Shown here piece by piece: positions 37,113 through 49,699 of a DNA stretch of 64,000 bases. Where the stretch lies: assembly GCF_000143415.4 (NCBI RefSeq), contig NW_003314452.1, positions 1 to 64,000 on the forward strand, given 5' to 3'. The stretch comes from Selaginella moellendorffii. Its lineage: Eukaryota; Plantae; Lycopodiophyta. How positions within the stretch are numbered: the stretch's first letter is position 1; each line of letters begins with the position of its first letter. The translations under genes were made by a program, and so were the position numbers. The notes under the pieces were generated by a model. The model was not told the origin of the DNA. It saw only the letters and a program-made list of their open reading frames with translations, and ran no database searches.

Positions 37113-39462
37113 AATTATTTTTTGTTTATCATGGCCTTTATAAAAAAAATTAAAATATTTTCTTTTCATAATTTATATACCTTTATTTATATGTTGTTAC
37201 ATTTTATGCCAAGTTTCATATCATCAAAGAGATAATGGCTGAAGAACTAGTTTATAACTTGCACATAAAGATAGAAAATTATTTACTGGACAATAATATT
37301 TATATTCAAAAGTTAATTCAAATTTGTAAAACAACTAACCAGAATTATCTTGATTCTCTATTTATTTAAAAACTTCCAAATTCTTTTTGTTTATATCTTG
37401 GCTTACTATTAATTGAAATATAGAAATGTGAGGTCAAGTGTATAGCTACAATAATGTATACTAATATTAGCATAGTGGGATTTTGGTAGCCATCAGATTA
37501 GTTTCAATATAAACTAGAGTTTTTGGGATAATTGATATGCATATTTTATGTATTCTCTTTCTATATTCCATACACTCACATTATTTTATATTCCATGTAA
37601 TTTCAATTTGAACCACTTGCTTTTGTATATAAACTAGAGTTTTTGGGATAATTGATATACACATTTTATGTATTCCCTATCCATATTCCATGCACTCACA
37701 TTATTTTATATTCCATGCACTCACATTGGTGGAGGTGAGGGGCACGTTTGATTATTCTTGAAAAGTGCTTGGATTTGGGATTTTGGTTTAGATTTAACTT
37801 TTGCATTATCTAAATTTAGCTCTTTCCATTTCTTTCTTTTATTCTTTCCTTTTGGGATTTTGGTTTAGATCTAGCTTTTGCATTATCTATATCTCCCTTT
37901 CCTTCTAACTTTTTTTAATTTTATTTCTTTTGCTCTTTCTTTTTCATTCATCTTTATGGTAGAGCAGTAATCTCCTCCTCCTTTGACTTTGGAGCACAAT
38001 TGTTTGATGCTATGTGATTGTAGTTGAATAACCAAACTCAGTTGATGGCAGTATTCATAACACATGGTACAACTCTTATTGCTCTTGGTGCCAATCCTCA
38101 TGTTCAACTAGAGTTCTTTTATGGGAATCCTTAGGGACAATGTGTACTATTGGTTCAATCACTTTATAGTGATTGCCATATATCATTCTTGGGATGATAC
38201 TTGATGTTTGTATGAGTTTCCCACGTGTTTTCAAGGGATGGCGCTGTAGTGGTATAATGTTTTGAATGTAACTATTCGTGGGGATTAGAGTATTCTTCGA
38301 AACGTCTTCAAACACACATTTGGATATGCTGACAATTGTGATGATACTTTCTAACAATTGCATCGTCTTTGTTAAGGACCATCTAAGTTGGTGATGCAAT
38401 TTAGTATTTGTTTTCGTAGACTTTTGCTTCATGCGGAGCCAAATATGTTAGAGTGGATCAAACTAGGAATGTTGTGGCCAACACTTCATCAAAGTTTTGT
38501 AGGACTTGTGCATGCACTTGCTCGAACAACCTTTAACAATGCTTTTTGTTTGCCACAACATTATGAGACATTGCCTTTTCCACTTCTCGCTACACATCTT
38601 TTAGCTCCACTTTCTGTGGGAGATGGTTTTGTTTCAATGGAGGTTGATGTTACTACTGCTCAGGTTTAAGGACAAGGGTGAGGATGTGGTCATAGTTGTG
38701 ATATTCGCTACTGAGCATGTAATGAAGTTGGTCACATTTATCAGTATTGTCAGCGTTTTCCGAATTGGTAGCTTCTATTTTTTGGGTGGAGACTTTGGCA
38801 TCAACAATGTCCTGTTGGTATTGTTGTAGTGAAAGGTCTAGATATCGAGATGCATCCAGGAAATGAGGAGTCATGCGAGTAATGGAGGGACCTTGCACGA
38901 ATAAGTCAATGACCCCTCCATCTTTCTTTTGGAAGTATCATCAAAAGGTTCATTCGGCATCAGTTCATCTAGTGTTTGCTTTCCAAGCTTATTTTTATAA
39001 CAAAAGGTATTTTATTATTCTTTTTGTATTGATTCATACATGTTCAAGTTTATCTTCTATTGCTCGACTTGTTGCCATATGTTATCACCTATATTTATGT
39101 CATGCAGCAGAGTCAGTTTTCATTCTTTATGGCAATGGCCATACATATGCATATGCACGGGATGAAGTGAACCTAGTTGTGTATATAGGTGATCTTGAAC
39201 TTGGACTGCAGTCATTGCCAGTGGTGCCGAGTTAAGCTTTTGACTTCATCCTTGGTATGGGCGCAATCATGCTAAATGTGATTTTGAGGCTTCTTCCCCT
39301 TGTCTCATACTTCCTTATATTTTATCCATTCCTTTCACTTCGAAACATGTTTGTCCCTTTGCTTCTACTTCTACTTTCATTACTTTTGTCTCCCTATTAT
39401 TTCCTTTTATATTTCCATTTTGTTCTGCTTTTCCTTTTTTCAATCCCTCGGTTGACAAGCTC

Positions 39463-42052
39463 ATGAAGGAGTATGCCAATCTCTTTGAGTTTCACCTATC
39501 GTCTGGGGCCCAAGATTGCTATATGTCATCTGATTCCAACCAGGGATACTCATCCCATCAAAGTTTCTGTTCATCATCAATCTCCCAAAGAGATCAAGAT
39601 TTTACATGCAAACGTCAAGGAGATGTTGGAAAAGGGTGGTATTCAAAAGTCACGGAGTCCTTGGGCATATGAACCTTATCTTGTGACGAAGCCTAATGTG
39701 AGTATTCATTTCTACATCGATTATCATTCGTTAAACAAAATGACGATTTTAGATGTGTATCCTCTTCCTCACCTGTTGATTTCTTAAATCATCTAAAAAG
39801 AAGTTGTTAGTTCACTAAGTTAAATCTTGCTTCTGGGTAATGGCAAATACTAATGGGTGGAGAAGATATTCCTAAGAATACTTTTTATACACCATTTAGT
39901 TTGTATGAGGTTTTGGTGATTCTGTTTGGTTTGAACAATGCTTTAGCATTTTTCCAACAAATGATGGATGGGGTTCTTTGTGATATGCTAAAGGTGATTA
40001 CTTACTTCATTAGTGATGTTTTGATACACTCGAAGGGGATATGGGAGGAATATATGTTTGTAAAGTGTTAAATTAATTATGGGAAGTTGGTTCAAAGTTG
40101 AAGTGGTCGAAGTGTGTATTTGACTCTAATGACACGACTTATTTTGAGTACCGTATTTTTTGTGAGGGTTTGCAAGTTGATCCTGACAAGCTTGTGGGTG
40201 TTTTAATGTTCCCTACTCCAAAGTGTGTAAATGATATGTAGTGCTTCCTAGGTAAAGTGTAGTATTTTAGTTATTTTGGGGATCATCTTTTTTATCACAT
40301 TGCACTATTGTAAGTGCTGTCGAAGTTATCAACATCATCTTTCATCTAGTCTGTGGATTGTGAGTAGGCATTCATGGATTTCAAAAAGCTATTGACGACT
40401 CTTCCGGTTTTGGCGTATCCTAACTACACTCGACTTTTCATTTTGCACATAAATGCTTTTGATATTGGTCTTGGAGGTGTATTGATGCAAAAGAGCGTGA
40501 GTGTGTTTGGTTAGCGCCATCCCATTGCATATATAAGCCGTATATTACAACCAGCAGAAGAAAACTACTTCACGACAGAGAAAGAATATTTAGTAATAAT
40601 CTGGGGTTTTGAAAAACTTCATGCATATCTACATGGTTCTTGGACATTATTGGAAGGTGATTATGCTACCATTACTTCATTATTGAAATGAAAAAACCTG
40701 ATTGGTCATATGACTTGGTAGGCTTTGAAGCTTTAGATATATAATTTTAATAATGTTTATCACCCAGGGAGTTCTATGGCTGATGCTAATGCCTTTTCTC
40801 GAGCTCCTCTTCCTTATTTGCCCTTTTTTCATATTTCTAACGAGTGTGTTGTTCTAGCATCTGTGGATTTTCTAGACAAGGATTCTGTGTTGTTAGCAGT
40901 TGTTGTATTTATGTTCAATGTCCACAAGGTGTAAAATAGAATTTACCTTCTCTTGATGAGGTTTGTGAAGCTCAAAAGATTGAGTCATGGATTTAAAGGC
41001 TTTATAATGGGTTTAAAAATTTTATATCACTTGCTGATGACTTGCCATTCCGGCATTTACTTTTTTAATATTACTTTGGAAACAACCTTCTTTATTTTAT
41101 GGGTACGAATCCTTATGATCGTTTATAGTTGGTAGTGCCTTCAATCTTTATTTCATGGTTCCTCCATGCGTACCATGATTCTCCTATTCTAGGCGGGCAT
41201 ATGGGACATCGTTATATGACCAAAAAGCTATGTAAATCTTTTTATTAGCCCGAGATGCAATGTGATTTTATTCAATATGTGCATAGCTGTGTTTGGTGCT
41301 AAGCTCATAATACTACCCCTTGTGCTGCAAAAGGATAGTTGGAGTCAATTGCAGTTTCCCATCCTTTTGAGTTGGTGGCATTTGATCTTATGGGACTTTT
41401 TCCATGATTGACTGCTGATAATGAATATGTTATTATTACCTTTGACTGCTTAACTTGTTGGGTGGAAGTTGGTGCTCTTCCTAGCGCCTCTGTAACTACT
41501 GTTGGATACTTCCTCCTCAATCAAGTGGTGTTCCAACATTTTTTTCTAGAGCGGATTTTTTCAGATAATGGTCCCACATTTATCGCTGAGGCATTTTATG
41601 TTTTGACGTCTCAGTTATGGATACGCCATACGTTCACGAGTGCTTATCATCTACAGTCAAACGATTTGATAGAACAGCTCATTTAGACATTCAAAGGGAT
41701 GATCACAAAGCATGTGAATTTTTAGCATTTGAATTGGGATGGTTATTTATTGTCTCTTCGGGATGCAAATGTCACAGGGGTGTAGAGTTTTGTTGGTGCT
41801 TCAGTATATAAACTTTTATATGGTCATGATCCAATATTACTAATGGAGTTAGAATTACTTTTGTGATTGCCACAAGCTGCCAATGCTAGGTCGTAGGATT
41901 AGTATTTGACGGGAATTCTTCCACTTATCCAAGTAGAGTCTACAAAAATCTAGGTCACGTACAAGTGGGACAACAATAGCACTACAACACCCATCATTGT
42001 TTATCTACGGAGTAAAAAGTGGATGAATTAGTGTTAGTTTGTTTTCCCCATC
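39463..42052 (+). mobile_element. Degenerate Ty3/Gypsy pol relic, copy 2 (uninterrupted)
   Basis: Paralogue showing the empty site ggggatatg|ggagg; followed by a deletion of about 1.1 kb at about 42058. Confidence 0.88.
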
Positions 42053-42450
42053 CCCATCATAATAAAATATTCCTTATTCTAAGGGTTATAATTTCTTGCT
42101 GTTAAACTTTTCTATAATTCATTTTTATCAAGATTTAATTCTAATATTCTTGGGGGATGAGAAGGGGGGTCTAGCTTCCTATTAGGTGTGTCTATCTTTA
42201 TTTTACATTTGGCTTAGGTCTAAGCTTAAGATCCATACCATGTTAGCTAGTGGAGTATTTATATCCTCGGGCTAGACCATTAATATGTTGAAATAATGCT
42301 TTAGCTTTGTTTTACATGTTTGTTTTAACGTTGGGATGTTAAAATTTTTAAGACTATTTTAGTGTTGTTTTGTGCTCCTGTTTCATCACTCCTTAGTTGC
42401 ATATTCAAGAGTTGTTCCATACTTTTATTTCTTTGTTCATTAGACATATG

Positions 42451-42837
42451 TGTCAGGAATCCCCCAATTCTTGCCACATTCCTGACTCTCGCCGGATTCC
42501 TGACCTGCAGACCACATTCCTGACTCTCGAGACACTTCCCTATTCCTGACTCTCGAGACACTTCCCGATTCCTGAGTCTCGAGACACTTCCCGATTCCTG
42601 AGTCTCGAGCCACATTCCTGATGATGATGTGGCGCCTCCTCGACCTCAGCTGTATTTAGGCCGTCCTCGATCCAAGAGTGGTGGAGCTTCATCAACCTAT
42701 AGTATATATAGGTTAGCCTTGTTCCATTTTTCCACAATCTGAATCAACACCAGTCTAAGGCTTCTTCTTTGTTTTCACTAGCTTTTTCTCTTTGTCTTTA
42801 GCATTTTCCAGTCTTGATCTTGTTGGGGGTCTTGACA
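42451..42837 (+). repeat. 5' LTR containing about 26-bp tandem repeats (attcctga[c/g]tctcgagacacttccc)
   Basis: Direct repeat of 47666-48052; TATATATA at 42703-42710. Confidence 0.96.
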
Positions 42838-42839
42838 GT

Positions 42840-42855
42840 TTGATTCAGATTGTGG
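42840..42855 (+). promoter_or_regulatory. Self-priming-type primer binding site
   Basis: ttgattcagattgtgg is the exact reverse complement of LTR 42732-42747; no TGG tRNA-type PBS next to the LTR end. Confidence 0.85.
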
Positions 42856-42936
42856 TTTTTTGCTTTTCTTTTAGCTCGTTTTGATTATTTGATTGCCTTT
42901 GTCTTTTTCCCCCTTTTCTTTTCTTTCTTCTTGCCA

Positions 42937-43908
42937 ATGGAGTCTCTAAGCCATCCTGATTTCTTTGCCGAAGTCCTTGCAAAAATCCAGTCTGAGAATA
43001 CCGAGCTGAAGGCGACCCTTCTTCGCATGCAGCAGGAGCTTGCTTTACTTTCGGCTCAAGGATCCAGCAAAGTTCCTGAACCGAAGGTGAGTTTTCCGGC
43101 GAAATTTTCAGGCAAGCATTCGGAGCTTCGTGGATTTTTGAACCAAATGGAGCTGATCTTTGCACTTCAACATCGGCGGTACCCCACTCCCGAGTCTCAA
43201 ATTGGCGCGATTGGGACGTTGCTCGAGGGTGCAGCTTTGTCATGGTTTTCTCCTCTTCTGGAGAAGAGCATGAAAGGGGTCGTGGTTCAGGAGCTGACGG
43301 ATCTTCAATTGTTCAAAGAGAAGCTCGAAGCATGTTTTGGCGAGACGGATCGGGTTCGGGCTGCTACCACAAAGATGAGACGTCTCTCTCAGGGGTCTCG
43401 TCCTGCCTCAATCTACGCTGCAGAGTTCTAACTCCTTGCCTTGGACACTCAGTGGGATGAGCGGGCCCTGATTGACCAATTTCGTTTCGGCCTCAACAAC
43501 GGTGTCAAGGATTTGTTGCTCACCATGGAGGATCCCAAGGACCTGTCGGACGCCATCAACAAAGCTGTTCAATGTGACAATCGTCTCTTTGAACGTCGTC
43601 AGGAAAGTCGCCGCGCCGCTGTTTTTCCGTCCCAGACTCAGGAATCCCAGCTTGAGTCTTCGGGGCATAGTCCTGAACCTACTACTCCGGTCCCGATGGA
43701 TATTTCTGGTACTCCTCAACTCATTAGAGGGAAGTTGAGTCCTGCTGAGAGGCAACGTCGAATATCTCATAATCTTTGCCTCTACTATGCTGATCCTAAT
43801 CACAAAGCAGCTGTGTGTCCCAGGAAGCCTCCCCGATTGCTCGAGTTCACTCTGCCTCAGAGTCCACTTCTGTTACAGTCGGGAAACGACCCTGTCCAAA
43901 CAGAGTAG
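42937..43908 (+). pseudogene. gag: Gag with an in-frame stop
   Basis: PAKFSG..LRGF, LLEGAALSW, QGSRPASIYAAEF*, FRFGL and VPMDI motifs; zinc knuckle CLYY...H....C with the second Cys changed to Tyr; TAA at 43429-43431. Confidence 0.9.
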
Positions 43909-43965
43909 GAGCTGTCTGTTTGGACTCCCCAAATAAAAATCACTTTTCTTCCTTATCAAGCTCCT
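43881..43965 (+). promoter_or_regulatory. -1 ribosomal frameshift signal (G GGA AAC plus H-type pseudoknot)
   Basis: Slippery heptamer at 43881-43887 in the gag frame; stem 1 gtccaaacaga/tctgtttggac (43894-43904/43915-43925); loop aggagct pairs with agctcct at 43959-43965. Confidence 0.85.
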
Positions 43966-46900
43966 CACCACCTTTCATCAAAGCCACCACCAATTCCCGC
44001 AACTTCCGCGTCCCATGTCTCCTTTCTTTCACCGGACAATCAGGACTCAAGGCTTTGGCGCTACTGGACTCGGGTGCAACTTCCTGCTTCATGGACACGG
44101 ACTTTGCTGCCCGATATCACGTTCCTCTTTCTCCTACCATACGGGATCTAAGGGTTGAAGGCATCGGCGGGCATTTTGTGTCTCCATCTTCTGGACTTAG
44201 GGAAACGTTGCCCGTTCGAGTACACATCGGGTCCACCGTCACCGATATCGCCTTCAACATCATCAACAGCAAGTCCTCTTCTGTGGTGCTCGGTCTTCCT
44301 TGGTTCCAACTACATCAGCCTCAGATTTGTTGGAAGGACTTACAGCTCATCTCTCCCACATCACCATCTCCCACGGTTTCCCCTGGTGTTCATCGAGTCC
44401 GAATCAGGAAAAGTTCCCTAAACTCAAGTCGGGGTTCTGTTCCTGACTCTACGAAGTTTTCATCCTCTTCTTTTTCCTCTCTTCCATCTTACACTAGACA
44501 GTATCCTCGTCTCATCATTCCATTTAGTCGTACCCCTTCTCCTATCTCCACAATCACTATGAAAGAACTCCTTCATGAAGAACCTCTTTTTCTTTTTGCT
44601 TTGCATGTTTCTCCTGTCAGTCTTCCTGAGAAGTATCATGATTTTGGGGATGTGTTTGACAAGAAAAAAGCTAGTGTACTGCCTGTTCATCGGCCTTATG
44701 ATTGTCCCATTGATTTACAGGAAGGAGCGTCACCTCCGTGGGGGCCTATCTATGGGTTATCCCCGTCCGAGCTTAAGGCCCTCAAAGAGTACGTGGATGA
44801 GAACCTTGCCTCGGGCTACATTCAGCATTCGCAGTCCCCGGCTGGAGCGCCTGTCTTCTTTGTCAAGAAGAAGGATGGGAGCTTGCGGCTAGTCATCGAC
44901 TACCGAGGTTTGAACAAGGTGACTGTTTGGAACCGTTATCCGCTGCCCCTGATCTCGGACCTGTTGGAACGCCTCGGCGGTGCCCGCTTCTTCACCAAGA
45001 TCGACCTCCGTGGAGCATACAACCTGATCCGGATCTGGCCTGGTGATGAATGGAAGACTGCGTTCCGAACCCGCTATGGCCACTTCGAGTACACTGTCAT
45101 GCCATTTGGCTTGACAAATGCTCCCGCGGTTTTCCAACACATGGCAAACGACATTTTTCGGGAGTTTCTTGATCAGATGGTGATCGTCTACCTTGATGAC
45201 ATCCTCATCTACTCAAAAACTCAGGAGGAGCATGACGAACATGTTCGCAAGGTGCTAGTGAAGCTGCGAGAACACGGCCTATACGCGAAGCTTGAGAAAT
45301 GTTCCTTTGATCAGCAGTCTGTGGAGTTCCTTGGGTACATTGTCACTCCTGAGGGTATCACGATGGATCCTGCTAAAGTCAATACTATTCTCGAATGGGA
45401 GCCTCCACAATCAATGTCGGACGTTCAGGTTTTCCTTGGCTTCGCCAACTTCTACCGCAAATTCATTGATCACTACTCTGACATTGTCCTTCCTCTCACA
45501 CGTCTCACTCGCAAGGATGTTCCCTTCTCTTGGTCTGCTGCTGCCCAGTAGGCCTTCGACACACTCAAGGCGGCCTTCAGTTCTGCTCCTGTCTTGATCC
45601 ATGCTGATTCCTCACAACCTTTCTTCATCGAGGCTGACGCCTCCGACTTTGCCATTGGTGCTGTGCTGTCTCAACTCGGAGCGGATCACGAACTTCATCC
45701 GGTCGCTTTCCATTCTCGGAAATTCCAGCCTGCGGAGATCAATTACGAAATCCACGACAAGGAGCTCCTTGCCATCGTGGATTCCTTTGGAGAGTGGCGC
45801 CGTTTCTTGGAGGGGGCGAGCCATCAAACAACAGTCTGGACGGATCACAAAAATCTCGAGTACTTTGCCACTTCCCGAGTTTTAAGCCGTCGTCAAGCAA
45901 GGTGGGCACAATTCCTGAGTCGGTTTGACTTTGTTATCAAGTACAGACCTGGAAAGTTTCAAGGCCTTCCTGATGCTCTTTCAAGGCGCTCCTATCTCAG
46001 TCTTAGGCCTGGTAATCCTGCCTTCGATCAACAGGATCAAGTTATCCTCGGTCCTGATCGGCTTCAAGTTATGGCAATTTCCCTGGCCCCTCAGGACTCC
46101 TCCTTGATGGATGCAATCAGAAACAATCTTCAATCCGATGATCTCGCTAGCGACATTTTCCCCCATCTTCAGGCTGGACACCCAGTGACTCCCGACTGCC
46201 GGCGATTTGACGAGTTCGAGTTCTTAGATGGCTTATTGTACCGTGGGGAGCAGCTTTACGTTCCTGAAGGTGATGCTCGAAGGTTGGTCCTGATGGCGTG
46301 CCACGATAGCCCGACTGCTGGTCACTTCGGCATTGCGAAAACCTATGAGCTAGTTGCACAGGACTTTTGGTGGCCTCACATGGACGACTACATCAAAGCT
46401 TTTGTTACCTCCTGTGACACTTGTGCCCGGAATAAGGTACCTCGCCACCTTCCTTCAGGTTTGCTTCGTTCCCTTCCGGTCCCTTCAGGTCCTTGGGAAT
46501 CCATCTCCATGGATTTCTTGAGTGATCTTCCGAGTTCTGGAGGCTTCAACAGCATTTTAGTCGTGGTGGATCGCTTCACAAAGATGGTGCACTTCTTGCC
46601 ATGTACCAAGGAGTTTTCGGGCGAGGACATGGCAAAACTGGTATTCAGGGAAATTTTCCGACTTCATGGGATTCCTACAGATGTGGTTTCGGATCGGGGG
46701 CCTCAGTTCATCTCTCATTTCTGGCAACGGTTTTTGCAGCTGCTTGGAGTGAAGGCCAACCTCTCTTCGGCATATCATCCTCAAACTGATGGGCAGTCCG
46801 AGCGAACGATTCAGACGTTGGAACAATTCTTGAGGTGCTTCATCAACTATCATCAGGATAACTGGTTCGATATCCTTCCCCTTGCTGAGTTTTCCTATAA

Positions 46901-47654
46901 CAACTCTGTTCACTCCTCTCTTCGAGTTTCCCCCTTCTTTGCGAACTCTGGCCGAAATCCCCGATTCAATCTCTCACTTCCTTCTCCATCTGAATCCTCT
47001 CGTTCAAATCCCCGCTCTGAGGCATTTATCTCCAACCTCCAGGAAATCCACAACTCCATCTCCTTCCACCTCCATCATGCTTAGGAATCTCATAAAACAT
47101 TTGCCAATGTCCATCGTCAGGATTGTCCCCCTTACAATATCGGGGATAAAGTCTGGCTCCTCAGGCGAAATATCTCCACCACCAGGCCCTGTCCAAAGCT
47201 CGATTTCAAACGCCTTGGTCCTTTCCCTATCACTGCCATCATTAATCCTGTCACTTATCGCCTTGCACTTCCCTCCTCATATCAAATTCACCCCGTTTTT
47301 CACTCCTCTCTCCTTGAGCCTTATATTCCCAGTCCTATTCCAAATCGGGTCATTCCTCCGCCTCCACCAGTGCAGCTCGAGGATGGGTCTGAGTACGAGG
47401 TTCAGGACATCCTTGATTCCAAGATTTCACGGTCTAAACTCTACTATCTAGTGGACTGGAAGGGTTACGGACCTGAGGAACGCACTTGGGAACCTGCGGA
47501 CAACCTGATTCATTCTCCTGACCTTGTTCAAAACTTCCACCGCCGCTATCCTTCTCATCCCAGTCCTCATTTTTTTTCTCCCTCTCCCATCCCTCACCGC
47601 TCATCTCATCCTCCTCTTCGTTCTCGTTCACATCCTCGTTCCACTCGTTCTTGA
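43881..47654 (+). pseudogene. pol: Pol (protease, RT, RNase H, integrase, chromodomain) in the -1 frame, with two in-frame stops
   Basis: LLDSGA, YLDDILIY, EADASDFAIG, HHCC and SDRGPQF/TDGQSER, and chromodomain YEVQDILD...YLVDWKGYGPEERTWEP; TAG at 45549-45551 and 47082-47084. Confidence 0.95.
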
Positions 47655-47665
47655 GGAGGGGGTGC

Positions 47666-48052
47666 TGTCAGGAATCCCCCAATTCTTGCCACATTCCTGA
47701 CTCTCGCCGGATTCCTGACCTGCAGACCACATTCCTGACTCTCGAGACACTTCCCTATTCCTGACTCTCGAGACACTTCCCGATTCCTGAGTCTCGAGAC
47801 ACTTCCCGATTCCTGAGTCTCGAGCCACATTCCTGATGATGATGTGGCGCCTCCTCGACCTCAGCTGTATTTAGGCCGTCCTCGATCCAAGAGTGGTGGA
47901 GCTTCATCAACCTATAGTATATATAGGTTAGCCTTGTTCCATTTCTCCACAATCTGAATCAACACCAGTCTAAGGCTTCTTCTTTGTTTTCACTAGCTTT
48001 TTCTCTTTGTCTTTAGCATTTTCCAGTCTTGATCTTGTTGGGGGTCTTGACA
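47666..48052 (+). repeat. 3' LTR
   Basis: One substitution relative to the 5' LTR seen by eye. Confidence 0.96.
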
Positions 48053-49699
48053 ATATGCTTAGGAGTTTGATTCTATCATTTTGTTTAGTGGCCTAAGGCC
48101 CTAAAACTTAGGTGTTGCCCTTAGCACACATATCTCAAAAGTTAGGTCTATTCCATTGCTATCCTATAGTAATTAAAATGTGAAAATCATGATTTTGTCT
48201 TAAGCATATGCTAGAAGATAAAGATGATTTTATCTTGAAGCATATGCTAAAAGATAACCATGCAAAGTAAAAGAGGATCCATGACAATCAAAAGGTGGTA
48301 ATATACCCATACAAGCAATAACTTGATAGATATAAAGGAATTCAAAGTGCTCAACCATATGTTGTGTGGCATCAGAATTAATAATAAGAGTAAAAAACAA
48401 CTAATAGTTAATAAAGCACCAGTAACATGAGTATGATTGTGTTGAAAATCCTTAGTTAAAAATAAAATAGGAGAAGATGAGTCATCAATAGTAGTATATG
48501 TCTATTGTTGTTATCTATTAGAACTAGTAGCAATATAAGCTTCAGGGACTTGCCATGGATGAGGAATAACATGAGAAATTGAATAAGTATTATTTAGACG
48601 TTGACAAAAAAATTAGGAAATATGGCCAAAATGATTTTAAATATATAGTAGGGATGGGCGTGGTTGACCAACCTGAAACATCATCTAACTTCTTATTAGG
48701 CATGTTTATTTTTGTTTTATGTTTGGCTTAAGTTTAAGCCCAAACTTTGTACTATATTAGCTGGTGGAATATCTTTATGTTAGGCCACCATTATGCTAAA
48801 ATAGTCCTTTAGCTCCATTTTATGTGATAGTTTTGATATTGAAATGCTAAAAGCTCTATTCCTTATTCCTTTGTTCATTAGCTTTATATATACTCAAGAG
48901 TTTTGTTCATCCCTTTGTTTAGTGGCCAAGGCCCTAAAACTTAGGTGCCACTCTATTGCCATTAGCACATATATATAAGCTTTTAAATTTGGATTTCTCA
49001 TGATGTCACTAACCCCAATACTATTTAAACTTAAGGAAATATTTTAAAACCCTTAACTGATTAAAAAAAAGGGGTGCACTTTTATTTATCCCTTTATATT
49101 TGAACTCTATAGATCAATGTCTCAAATCATTCCCTTTGGTTGTTTATAATTCATTATGTTTCTCTATACAGTTGCAACTCTTTTGACACTATACAAGTCA
49201 AGCCCAACTGGAATAAATTAGACTTGCCAAATGTTAATCTCAACACATGGTATGATTCCTCTAGCTAACTAAACATCAAACCCGAGACCCTTTTAATACC
49301 AAATGTAAACTCCTAAATTTAAATTTTTTGGAAGGTCACCCAATTTAGTTTATTCAAACCCAAGAACACTTAACCTCAAGTATTCCAAGACCTCTAACTG
49401 ATTAAAAAAAAGGTTGCAGTTTTATTTATGGGCCTTTCCCCTTATATTTGAACCTTATATATCATCTCTTGAATCAATTAGAAACAAACACACGAATCAA
49501 TTAGAAACTAACTTGAAACCTTCAATCCCCAAGAAGGTTCATGCAAGTGGTCGTGAGTAAGGATAAACTTGATATTACTAAAATATTCCAAGTCGTGAGA
49601 AAATAGATGTGCATTGGTGATAAACTGGAATACAATAGAGAAGTGCTAACTTTCCCCCTTAACTACTCTTACATGGTGGCAACTACCATTTCTTCATGA

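Larger units (their letters stand above)
42451..48052 (+). mobile_element. Full-length Ty3/Gypsy chromovirus (Tcn1/Tf1-sushi-like)
   Basis: 387-bp LTRs TGTCA...TGACA, TSD ATATG (42446-42450 and 48053-48057), gag, PR-RT-RH-INT-chromodomain, and PPT gaggaggggg at 47653-47662. Confidence 0.97.
24821..48608 (+). repeat. Tandem segmental duplication, copy 2
   Basis: Colinear with copy 1; lacks the 13559-20677 element and carries private insertions at 36283-36736 and 42451-48052. Confidence 0.95.

Noticed and set aside
42477-42620. About 26-bp repeats resembling a CRISPR array
   Set aside because: No unique spacers; tandem repeats inside both LTRs of a eukaryotic retroelement.
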